Positions 12,053 to 23,216 of a stretch of DNA of 42,163 bases are shown in pieces. The position numbers and the translations under genes are program-made. How positions within the stretch are numbered: the stretch's first letter is position 1; every line of letters begins with the position of its first letter. A model generated the notes under the pieces. The model saw only the letters and a program-made list of their open reading frames with translations, ran no database searches and was not told the DNA's origin. Source of the stretch: Macrostomum lignano (taxonomy: Eukaryota); contig NIVC01000375.1 of assembly GCA_002269645.1 (NCBI GenBank), positions 1 to 42,163 of the forward strand. The letters are read 5' to 3'.

Positions 12053-15000
12053 GCATCCCGCACTCCTCAAATCGCAGGCGTGGCGCAGCCGCTACTCAGA
12101 GCTGAAGCAGCAGCACTGCATCGACATCAGCAAGCTGAGCCGATCTCCCGACAGCCAAGCAACCGACCTGCGGGTGCACAATCCGCTGTCGCAGGACAGC
12201 CGCAGTCCCTGGTACAGATTCTTTCGCAGCGAAGAGACTCGCCACATCATCTATCAGGACGTGAGGCGCACCTTCCCAGAAATTCAATACTTTCACGCGG
12301 CCGACGTGCAAGAGAAAATGATCTCAACTCTGTTCTGCTTTGCTCACACGTCTCCGCTGCTCTATAGGCAGGGCATGCACGAGGTGCTGGCGCCGCTGCT
12401 GTTTGTGCTGCATTCGGATCAGCTGGCATTTCAGCACGCCTGCGAGTTGTACTCGGCGACCCCGCCTGTCATGGAGCTGGTTGGTCTGCTGCTGGATCCC
12501 GCCTATATTGAGCACGATGCCTTTGCCATGTTCTCACAGGTTTGGCTTGTCTGTGCTCTCTGGTTCATCCTAGGGTTTGTGGTGTAGGGTGTAGGGTTTG
12601 TGGTGTAGGGTGTAGGGTTTGTGGTGTAGGGTGTAGGGTTTGTGGTGTAGGGTGTAGGGTTTGTGGTGTAGGGTGTAGGGTTTGTGGTGTAGGGTGTAGG
12701 GTTTGTGGTGTAGGGTGTAGGGTTTGTGGTGTAGGGTGTAGGGTTTGTTTTGTAGGGTGTAGGGTTTAGGTTGAGGGGTTCTGGTGTAAGCTACCCCCAG
12801 TTCAATCCTGATCTCCAACTCGCAGATCATGCGCGTGATCGAGCCCTGGTACACCGTGACGGAGCTCGAACCCCCGGCCGGCAGGCTGGCAATCGAAAGC
12901 CAGGTCCCGTTCGCCAAGCCCGCCGAAGATAGCAACGGCAACCCCATTGTGGAGAAGCTGGCCACCATCGGGGAGCGAATACTTCGAGTGCACGATCTGG
13001 AGCTCTATCTGCACCTGGAGAAGCTGGAGGTGGCGCCTCATCTGTACGGCATCAGGTGGATGAGGCTGCTGTTTGGCCGGGAATTCCCTTTGCAGGACCT
13101 GCTAGTGGTGTGGGATGCTGTGTTCGCCGACGGCTACGATGCGGGCTTCGGTCTGGTTGACTACATCTTTGTTGCTATGCTGATCAATATCCGGTCACTG
13201 TTGCTTGCCAGCGATTTCAGCGGGGCGATGACCTACCTGATGCGCTATCCTCAGGGCTCGGATGTCAACTTTATCGTGTCGCTTGCCTATCACCTGCAGG
13301 CACCCGACGCCTATCCGAAGCCTAGTCTGACTGGATTTCAGGTTTCCTGCTGATGCCACTGATGATGTGCTTGTTTTGTTTGGCTCACTTACTCCCCTTC
13401 TCCCTGTCTCACTCTCCTTCTCCCTGTCTCACTCCCCTTCTCCCTGTCTCACTCCTCTTCTCCCTGTCTCACTCCCCTTCTCCCTGTCTCACTCCTTTTC
13501 TCCCTGTCTCACTCCCCTTCCTGTCTCACTCCTCTTCTCCCTGTCTTACTCCCCTTCTCCCTGTCTCACTCCCCTTCTCCCTGTCTCACTCCTCTTCTCC
13601 CTGTCTCACTCCTCTTCTCCCTGTATCACTCCCCTTCTCCCTGTCTCAATCCCCTTCTCCCTGTCTCACTCCCCTTCTCCCTGTCTCACTCCTCTTCTCC
13701 CTGTCTCACTCCTCTTCTCCCTGTCTCACTCCCCTTCTCCCTGTCTCACTCCTCTTCTCCCTGTCTCACTCCTCTTCTCCCTGTCTCACTCCCCTTCTCC
13801 CTGTCTCAATCCCCTTCTCCCTGTCTCACTCCCCTTCTCCCTGTCTCACTCCTCTTCTCCCTGTCTCACTCCCCTTCTCCCTGTCTCACTCCTCTTCTCC
13901 CTGTCTCACTCCCCTTCTCCCTGTCTCAATCCCCTTCTCCCTGTCTCACTCCTCTTTTCCCTGTCTCACTTCCACCCTTCCTGTCCTTTTCCTTTTGCCC
14001 ATCTATTCTCCTAAGTTCGCTGTCTCTTCTCTTTCCTTATTATCTACCTCTTCCCGTGCCTATCACTCCCTTCCAAAACTAAACAAGCTCAATATATAAT
14101 ATTCATATTACCTACTTATTCGCCAACATATTCGCAGGGGCTGTACATGCAGAAGCGTCGCAGACACGCTGGCGGCGGCGGCGGCCGCTCAGCCCACCGA
14201 TCGTCGGGCAATCGCTATCACACCGTGGGCATCGACACCAGCTCTTTGCGCGCCGCTATCCAACGTATCGGCAGTCAGGAGAGTCTGCAGCAGCAACAGC
14301 AGCAGCAGCAACAGCAGCAGCAGAAACAACAACCGCAGGATACCATCGAGACATCTGCGTCTGCATCTGCTCTGCTTAGAATTGGGTTTGTGACCCTTGC
14401 CTATCGGGATTACTTAACCATGGGTATACGGATGATGAGGCGTCAAAATATTTAGATAAGGCTGCATCGAGTTATATAGATGAGGCTTCGACATCTATAG
14501 ATGAGGCTTCGACATCTATAGATGAGGCTTCAAATCTAAAGATGAGTCTTCAAAATCTATAAATAAGGCTTTCAAATCTATAGTTGAGGCTTCGAAATCT
14601 ATAGATGAGTCTTCAAAATCTATAGATGAGTCTTCAAAATCTATAGATGAGTCTTCAAAATCTATAGATAAGGCTTTCAAATCTATAGATGAGGCTTCAG
14701 AATCTATAGTTGAGGCTTCGAAATCTATAGATAAGACTTCAAATCTATAGATGAGGCTTCAGAATCTATAGATGAGTCTTCAAAATCTATAGATAAGGCT
14801 TCAAATCTATAGTTGAGGCTTCGAAATCTATAGATAAGACTTCAAATCTATAGATGAGGCTTCAGAATCTATAGATAAGGCATCAACATCTATAGATGAG
14901 GTTTCAAATCTTTAGATAAGGCTTTAAAATCTATAGATTAGGCTTAAAAATCTATAGATAAGGCTTCAAATCTATAGGTGAGGCTTCGAAGTTTATAGAT

Positions 15001-16717
15001 AAGGCATCAATTTCTATACGTAAGGTATAAAATTCTATAGATGAGTCTTCAAAATGTAGAGATGAAGCTTCAACTTTAATAGATTAGGCATCAAATTCAA
15101 TAAATGAGACTTCAAATTCTATAGATGAAGCATTGAATTCTACAGTTAAGGCCTCAAATTCTGTAGATGATTCTTCAGAATCTAACGGCAGAAGTTTCAA
15201 AGTCTGTTGATAACTTTCCGTAATTTGCAAATGCTGTTTCAAAAATTTTCTACGTAAAAATTTCATACTATTATTCAGGTTAAAAAGTACTCAGGCACAA
15301 ATATGTTACAATATGCACTTTTATCTAACGCGCATTGCAGAAGTTTTGTCAGCAGCAAGTCCCACTCTGTTGCGGAGCAGGCCCAGCAGCAGAAGCAGCA
15401 ATCTCAACCTAGCAACCACCGGCCAAGCTCTTTGATCTTCGGTTTCTCCCGCGAGGACAGCCAGCAGAATCTGCTGCACCACCAGCAGCAGCAGCAGCAG
15501 CAGCAGCAACTGCAACTGCAGCATCAGAATTCTTCATCTTCCACGGCTTCAAACAGCGCCAATTCTGGCGGTGCCGCTCAACAGCCGGTCGGTCCGGAGC
15601 AGCCGTTGAAGGTGATCGCCGAGCCGACTTTTAGCGCGCCATCGACACCGCTGGATCCTGGCGGCTATCTTCCCAGATCCCATATTCGCTATAGGAGTCG
15701 ACGGACGGGCAAACGCCAGCAGTCGCAGCTGTCATCCGGCGGCACTCCGGCGGATTCCGACGATCCAAACTTTCGCGACTTTGCCGAGATCACCCTGCCG
15801 GACGAGCGTTTGGCTCGTCAACGTCAGACGGAATCGCTGCTGGCCATGTGCCGCTCCTGCGGCGAATGCCTTCAGGCTAGCATTCTGACGCTGCAGAGCT
15901 GCGCCAAGAGTGCCGGCTGTTCAGCAGCGGAGCAGCGTCGGATTGAACAGAGCGTGGCCGGGTTGAAGCACGTGCGCGATCTGCTGACTGGTGAGCTGCG
16001 TTGTGACGTTTGAAGGTCAAGCGTCTGTGTAGTAACTTATGAAAGTCAAGGTGCAGGGTAACTTATGAAGGTCAAGCTTTGTGGTAACTTATGAAGGTCA
16101 AGCTTTGTGGTAACTTTTGAAGGTCAAGCTACAGGGTAACTTTTGAAGGTCCCGCTGAAGTGTAACTTAAGGTTAAGCTGTAGAAACCCGAGTAACTTAT
16201 GAAGGTCAAGCTGCAGAAACCTGGGTAACTTATAAAGGTCAAGCTGCAGGAACCCGGGTCGCTTATGAAGGTCAAGGTGCAGAAACCAGGGTAACTTATG
16301 AATGTCAAGCTGCAGGAACCCGGGTAACTTATGAATGTCAAGCTGCAGGAACCCGGGTAACTTATGAAGGTCAAGCTGCAGGAACCCGGGTAACTTATGA
16401 AGATCAAGCTGCAGGAACCCGGGTAACTTATGAAGATCGAAATCGCAGAGAGGGTGACAATAAATGGATTTGAATTATATACAATATTTATTGCTCTACA
16501 CTCAAACGCATCAGGCAAGCTGCCATTCGACCCAGCAACAATGCAACAGCAAATCGTCGATGCAATGGCTCTAGCCAATTCCGCTGTATCTCGACAGCAA
16601 GCAGCCGCTGCTGTGACCCCGACGTCAGCAGCTGATCAGGAGACCGAAATGACGCCTGTCCCCGCCCAGAGACCCGTGTTCACCTTTGCTGCCGATGATT
16701 ATAATAACGATTATTGA
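9934..16717 (+). CDS. TBC1D5: TBC1 domain family member 5 (Rab7 GAP, retromer-associated), 6 exons: 9934-10503, 12078-12539, 12826-13341, 14138-14385, 15341-15990, 16515-16717 (882 aa)
   Basis: GT-AG introns with compatible phases (0,0,0,2,1); total 2649 nt. Motifs: DEWERMF, NPLSQD, Arg finger [10 protein letters not shown], Gln finger [46 protein letters not shown], and [11 protein letters not shown]. The exon 4/5 boundary in the low-complexity poly-Gln region is least certain. Confidence 0.93.
10571..12052. repeat. About 1.5-kb (TATC)n / GATA microsatellite in TBC1D5 intron 1
   Basis: Direct reading. It gives the YLSI artefact ORFs. Confidence 0.97.
12572..12770. repeat. 21-nt G-rich minisatellite (GTAGGGTTTGTGGTGTAGGGT), about 9 copies, in TBC1D5 intron 2
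   Basis: Period 21 read directly (12601 to 12622). Confidence 0.95.
13385..13975. repeat. 20-nt pure-pyrimidine-rich minisatellite (CTCCCCTTCTCCCTGTCTCA), about 29 copies, in TBC1D5 intron 3
   Basis: Direct reading. Confidence 0.95.
14455..15170. repeat. 20-22-nt minisatellite (TCTATAGATGAGGCTTCAAAA), about 33 copies and decaying 3', in TBC1D5 intron 4
   Basis: Direct reading. Core palindrome TCTATAGA. Confidence 0.93.
16012..16437. repeat. 33-nt minisatellite (CGGGTAACTTATGAAGGTCAAGCTGCAGGAACC; shorter degenerate units 5') in TBC1D5 intron 5
   Basis: Period 33 at 16321, 16354, 16387. Confidence 0.92.
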
Positions 16718-16911
16718 TTTATTGATTGATGATTGAGGAACTTGTCTTGGGCTTTGGTTATGTGTCTGAAGTATGTTTAGTTTGCTTGCTTGCTGTAGTT
16801 ATATATAATATATATTCATAAATCTGGTTGAGTTATTTTTACGGTGTTATTGTTAAACTAGTTGCCCTTGTTTAGTTGGTTGCTAGGACAGTGATTCTCT
16901 GATTGCAGAAT

Positions 16912-17182
16912 TGCCCTCTGTCCTTTAATTAAACCATAGGCATGGCCCTCTATCCTTTAATTACACCTGAGGAATGGCCCTCTATCCTTTAATTATACCT
17001 GAGGAATGGCCCTCTATCCTTTAATTATACTTGAGGAATAACCCTCTATCCTTTAATTACACCTGAGGAATGGCCCTCTATCCTTTAATTACACCTGAGG
17101 AATGGCCCTCTATCCTTTAATTATACTTGAGGAATAACCCTCTATCCTTTAATTACACCTGAGGCATGACCCTCTATCCTTT
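16912..17182. repeat. 32-nt minisatellite (GGCCCTCTATCCTTTAATTACACCTGAGGAAT), about 8 copies, downstream of the TBC1D5 stop
   Basis: Period 32 at 16944, 16976, 17008. Confidence 0.93.
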
Positions 17183-18097
17183 ATAATGCCAATATGTTGC
17201 TGCTATCTGTGACCTCTCTATTCCAGATCTGCGCTAAGCTGACTGACAAGCATAATTTATCATTATGTGCTTACTGTCATATATTTCATTCCTTCAAACT
17301 TTTGCACAAGAAGAACTTGTTCTGTTTTTTGTTTAAATGCACTATTCTATAGTTCAGTCTTACACACACGGTGCCTGCTGCCTTGTTAAAACTCATTTCG
17401 AATTTTATTTATAAACTTATTTTCCTATATTGTTTTTTTTGCAGATGCAGATTGATACTACTATAAATAGTCTGCTAGGATTGTCAGTGTACAAAGCGTC
17501 GTGTTATTTTTCTATGTTTAATGAGCAGCTTCAAAGATATTTATATGCTTTAATATGATTATTATAATAGATTGAGCGCTTCCTGATGCACAAAAATATT
17601 GCGATATAAATTCTAGTGAATCGGTTTCTCATTAACATTGTCATAGATTGCTTAGATTTAATATTAATATTTATTATTACTAATGGTATTTTCGATGATA
17701 TTCCATGGCCCCTCAGCTAGTCAAAATCATTGTTCGAGTTTCCATTGTTTATCACTTTTTTTCTTTCCGCTTTTTTGTTTGATCAATAATTTCCATTCCG
17801 CACAAGGCGTATGCATATTTATCTTACTTTAGTGTACTCTTAAGTGTCTACCCTGTCTGTCACCTTGATTAGATTATTTTCTATTAGTATTTAATCTTGC
17901 CTTTCCGCGCGGTGTCAGTTTGTCAATCAATATGCAAAAAAGACATAATAAATGATTATAAAATTGTTATTTTGTTTTCATTTCTAAAAGCAGACAAAAA
18001 TATGGAATTTAAAACGTGTGTTACAGGTCTTATATTTAATTATTTAATTGGACATTTTCTGCTCTTTCAGGAAATCTAGCGGAACCTGTTAGCAGAA

Positions 18098-21000
18098 ATG
18101 CACTTTCTAGTGTTGTTCTCTGTGGCTCTGCTGCACCTGGTGATTGCTCCGTACACCAAAGTTGAAGAGAGCTTCAACATACAGGCTGTGCACGACATCC
18201 TGTATCACGGCTGCAATTTCACTTCGGTGAGTGAGTCACCTGTTTTCCCAATTGGGATCACCTGGTCTGTTGTCTTCTCGGTTGGGATCACGAGTTTAAC
18301 AAATCCATTTCCTTAACATTGGGATAACGATTCCCCAGTTTGGGATAACTATTCCCCAGTTTGGGATAACGATTCCCCAGTTTGGGATAACTATTCCCCA
18401 GTTTGGGATAACTATTCCCCAGTTTGGGATAACTATTCCCCAGTTTTAGGATAACTATTCCCCAGTTTGGGATAACTATTCCCTAGTTTGGGATAACTAT
18501 TCCCCAGTTTGGGATAACGATTCCCCAGTTTGGGATAACTTTTCTATTTTGGGATTCAATGGCGATATAAAGACATTTATTTTTGGGTTCCCCGTTTCGG
18601 GATTCCAACATTTGGATTCCCCATTTTAAGATTTTTTTTGGGATTCCCTATTTTGGGATAATCATTCCCTATTTTGAGACTTAATTGTGACTTAAATACA
18701 TCTATTTTTGGATTCCCCATTTCCGAATTCCCAATCTTGGGATTCCGCATCTTGAGATTTCCCATTTTGGGATTCCCTATCTTGGGATTTCCCATCTTGG
18801 GATTTCCCATCTTGGTATCTCCCATTTTGGGATTCCCCATCTTGGGATTCCCAATCTTAGGATTCCCAATCTTGGGATTTCCATCTTGGGATTTCCCATC
18901 TTAGGATTTCCCATTTAAGGATTCCCAATTTTGCGATTCCCTATCTTATGACAACTATCCCAGCCTAAGCGCCGGCTTAAATCGCTAATCCGCTGTCGTT
19001 CCCCCATCCTAGTATGATCACCAGTCATTCCCAGGCCCCGTGCCTCGCACCTTCATCGGTCCATTGAGCCTGGCAACCGCAACTTGGCCTCTGTCGCTGC
19101 TGCTGCTGCTGGGGGACCGTCACAGCTGGTGGGTGATGCTCTACGCTGTCAGATGCACACTGGCCGCCCTGCTCTGCTGGTCGCTAACCGCCTACACTCG
19201 TTCAGTTGGCCAAGTTTTTGGTCGATCGGCCGCTAATTTTCTAGTAGCCATCTTGGCCAGCCAGTTTCATGTGCTGTTCTACGCGTCCAGGCCGCTGCCG
19301 AATGTGTTCGGGATGGCGCTGGTTATGCAGGCCGCGGCGCAACTGTTTCAGGGGCGCTACGGAGGCTTCATAGCCTGGAGCGGGGCGGCTATAGTGCTGT
19401 TTAGAAGCGAATTGGCTATGCTGTGCGGTCCAGCTTTGATCTATTTGTTAGTTACTAGGCGACTTCGATTTGGAGATGCTGCTAAAGTTGCCGCAACTAC
19501 TGGACTGGCCTGTCTTGGTGCGTTTCTATTATTGATGATTTTTGCTTTAGAAATCAGCTCCATTCATGAGAAATCATTTCCACTCATGAGAAATCATTCC
19601 CACTCATGAGAAATCATTGCCACTCATGAGAAATCATTTCCACTCATGAGAAATCATTCCCACTCATGAGAAATCAGCTCCACTCATGAGAAATCATTCC
19701 CACTCATGAGAAATCATTCCCACTCATGAGAAATCAGCTCCATTCATGAGAAATCATTCCCACTCATGAGAAATCAGCTCCACTCATGAGAAATCATTCC
19801 CACTCATGAGAAATCAGCTCCACTCATGAGAAATCATTCCCACTTATGAGAAATCAGCTCCACTCATGAGAAATCTTTCCCACTCATGAGAAATCATTCC
19901 CACTCATGAGAAATCAGCTCCACTCATGAGAAATCAGCTCCATTCATGAGAAATCATTCCCACTCATGAGAAATCAGCTCCACTCATGAGAAATCATTCC
20001 CACTTATGAGAAATCAGCTCCACTCATGAGAAATCATTCCCACTCATGAGAAATCATTCCCACTCATGAGAAATCAGCTCCACTCATGAGAAATCAGCTC
20101 CATTCATGAGAAATCATTCCCACTCATGAGAAATCATTCCCACTCATGAGAAATCATTCCCACTCATGAGAAATCAGCTCCATTCATGAGAAATCATTCC
20201 CACTCATGAGAAATCAGCTCCACTCATGAGAAATCTTTCCCACTCATGAGAAATCAGCTCCACTCATGAGAAATCATTCCCACTTATGAGAAATTAGCTC
20301 CACTCATGAGAAATCATTCCCACTCATGAGAAATCATTCCCACTCATGAGAAATCAGCTCCATTCATGAGAAATCATTCCCACTCATGAGAAATCAGCTC
20401 CACTCATGAGAAATCATTCCCACTCATGAGAAATCATTCCCACTCATGAGAAATCAGCTCCACTCATGAGAAATCAGCTCCATTCATGAGAAATCATTCC
20501 CACTCATGAGAAATCAGCTCCACTCATGAGAAATCATTCCCACTTATGAGAAATCAGCTCCACTCATGAGAAATCATTCCCACTCATGAGAAATCATTTC
20601 TATCCATGAGAAATAATTTCCACTCATGAGAAATCATTTCTATCCATGAGAAATCATCTCCCACTCATGAGAATCATCTTCACTCATGAGAAATCATTCC
20701 AACTCATGGGAAATTATTCCCACTCATGAGAAATCATTTCTATCCATGAGAAATCATTTCCACTCATGAGAAATCATTTCCACTCATGAGAAATCATTTC
20801 CACTCATGAGAAATCATTTCTATCCATGAGAAATCATTTCCACTCATGAGAAATCATTCCCACTCATGAGAAATCATTCCAACTCATGAAAAATCATTCC
20901 TACCCACCTCAAATCTCCAGCCGCCACCGTGGCCATCGATTCGCTGTTCTGGGGCCGGCCGGTGTGGCCAGAGCTGGAGGTGTTTCTCTTCAACACGGTG

Positions 21001-21449
21001 CAGAATCGGAGCTCCCAGTGGGGCACCCAGCCATTCCTTTGGTATTTTTATTCAGCCCTGCCTCGCTGCCTGCTTCTGTCCGGCCTGTTCCTACCGCTGG
21101 CGGCTTATCTCAATCGTAGAACTCGACCAATCATAGCCGGCTGTTTAGTCTTTGTCCTGCTGTACAGCTGCCTGCCGCACAAAGAGCTCCGATTTGTGCT
21201 GTACATTGTGCCGCTGTTGAACACCCGACTGCCTGGCTGTGCGCAGCTATTTTTAGTAACGGAAGGAAATCCTTCGCTTGGCGCTGCCTCGGGTGGCTGG
21301 TAGCTGCTCACTTGGCCGCTAATCTGGCTGCTACCGGCCTCATGGCCTGGGCCGCGGCTTGGAACTATCCCGGTGGACAGGTGGGCTGGATGACTAGGCT
21401 GTTGATGGCAGGCTTTATCAATGCTTCCGTGTGTCTAGATTTAGTCTGC

Positions 21450-21500
<51 letters not shown>

Positions 21501-21651
21501 GCCTGTCTGTTGACTGTCTGTCTGTCTGTCTGTCTGTGTGTCTGTCTGTCTGTTGACTGTCTGTCTGTCTGTCTGTTGACTGTCTGTCTGTCTGTCTGTT
21601 GACTGTCTGTCTGTCTGTGTGTCTGTGTGTCTGTCTGTCTGTCTGTTTGTG

Positions 21652-21694
<43 letters not shown>

Positions 21695-21751
21695 GTGTGT
21701 GTCTGTCTGTCTGTCTGTTTGTGTGTCTGTCTGTCTGTCTGTCTGTCTGTG

Positions 21752-21798
<47 letters not shown>

Positions 21799-21872
21799 GT
21801 GTCTGTCTGTCTGTCTGTCTGTCTGTGTGTCTGTCTGTCTGGTCTGTCTGTCTGTCTGTCTGTCTGTGTGTG

Positions 21873-21947
<75 letters not shown>

Positions 21948-21948
21948 G

Positions 21949-21989
<41 letters not shown>

Positions 21990-22512
21990 GCCCGTCCAGC
22001 TAGCTAATAGTCAGTCGGTTACTCCACGTTGTTTCCATAGCAGTTTCAGAAAATCTATCTGTTTAGGACCTACCAAAGTTTGATAATACACATTTCGACT
22101 CCACTGCTCCCCTGCATTGCAGGCAATGTGGGATCTGCACTTCACTCATCTGCGCCACCTTTGTCCCAGGGGTACAACTAGAAGTCCCAGAGTCAGCAGC
22201 AGCAGCTGCCACATCCACATAGGCAACCTTGCTGCTCAGACTGGAGCGATAAGATTCCTTGAACTGCTCGATTCATCAGTCTGTCGCTATAATAAAACTG
22301 AAGGACTCGCTGAGTTATCCAATTTTCGACCATTTAGCCACCTGCTGATTGAGCCAGATTTTGCTGAGTCCACTGGACTCAATCAGATTTGCAGAGTGCT
22401 GGCCAATTACAGCCTGTTTGATGGCTTCAATCTTAAAGGAGTTCTGGGTACCGGAGACTGGAGGCGACTGCTGCGACTAAAACCTGCTCTGCTACTGCTG
22501 GAGAAACTATGA
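18098..22512 (+). CDS. ALG12: Dol-P-Man:Man7GlcNAc2-PP-Dol alpha-1,6-mannosyltransferase ALG12, 4 exons: 18098-18226, 19013-19517, 20921-21380, 22123-22512; frame break in exon 3
   Basis: Motifs [20 protein letters not shown], [17 protein letters not shown], [45 protein letters not shown] and [16 protein letters not shown] junctions are phase-compatible, but the summed length of 1484 nt is one base short of an intact 494-aa frame. Confidence 0.92.
18320..18950. repeat. Two adjacent arrays in ALG12 intron 1: 21-nt (GGGATAACTATTCCCCAGTTT) at about 18320-18540 and degenerate 15-nt (TTGGGATTCCCATC) at about 18585-18950
   Basis: Direct reading. Confidence 0.92.
19550..20900. repeat. 20-nt minisatellite (CACTCATGAGAAATCATTCC / ...CAGCTC), about 67 copies, in ALG12 intron 2
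   Basis: Direct reading. Core palindrome CTCATGAG. Confidence 0.96.
21447..21990. repeat. (TGTC)n microsatellite in ALG12 intron 3
   Basis: Direct reading. Confidence 0.95.
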
Positions 22513-22574
22513 TTCTGCTAACAGTTTACAGTTAAACAGTTTCGTTCGGAACCTTTAGTGCCTTAGTGCCTCAC

Positions 22575-23216
22575 TAACTGTCCCGGCGCCCCACTGCCCA
22601 ATTTATTTAGCCCGCCACCCCCGCCCTATTTTAACTGCCCCGCCACCCCCGCCCTATTTTAACTGCCCCGCCACCCCGCCCTATTTTAACTGCCCCGCCA
22701 CCCCATTGCCCAATTTATTTGGCCTGCCACCCCCTACCCAATTTATTTAGCCCGCCACCCCGTGCCCAATCTATTTAGCCCGCCACCCCGTGCCCAATCT
22801 ATTTAGCCCGCCACCCCGTGCCCAATTTATTTAGCCCGCCACCCCATTGCCCAATTTATTTAGCCCGCCACCCCATTGCCCAATTTATTTAGCCCGCCAC
22901 CCCGTGCCCAATTTATTTAGCCCGCCACCCCGTGCCCAATTTATTTAGCCCGCCACCCCGTGCCCAATTTATTTAGCCCGCCACCCCATTGCCCAATTTA
23001 TTTAGCCCGCCACCCCATTGCCCAATTTATTTGGCCCGCCACCCCCTGCCCAATTTATTTAGCCCGCCACCCCTGCCCAATTTATTTAGCCCGCCACCCC
23101 ATTGCCCAATTTATTTAGCCCGCCACCCCCTGCCCAATTTATTTGGCCCGCCACCCCCTGCCCAATTTATTTGGCCCGCCACCCCCGCCCTATTTTAACT
23201 GCCCCGGCGCCCCACT
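22575..23216. repeat. 28/29-nt minisatellite (GCCCAATTTATTTAGCCCGCCACCCCGT) downstream of ALG12, bracketed by a 21-nt direct repeat
   Basis: Direct reading. TAACTG(T/C)CCCGGCGCCCCACT occurs at 22575-22595 and 23196-23216. Confidence 0.92.

Noticed and set aside
18585-18950. Cluster of NF-kB-like sites (GGGATTCCC, GGGATTTCCC)
   Set aside because: The motif is simply the repeat unit. There is no independent support for binding, and the presence of NF-kB in this lineage is doubtful.
22590-23190. Repeated AATAAA on the minus strand as tandem poly(A) signals
   Set aside because: They are part of the repeat unit and antisense to ALG12. The only nearby minus-strand candidate has its own signal at 24356-24365.
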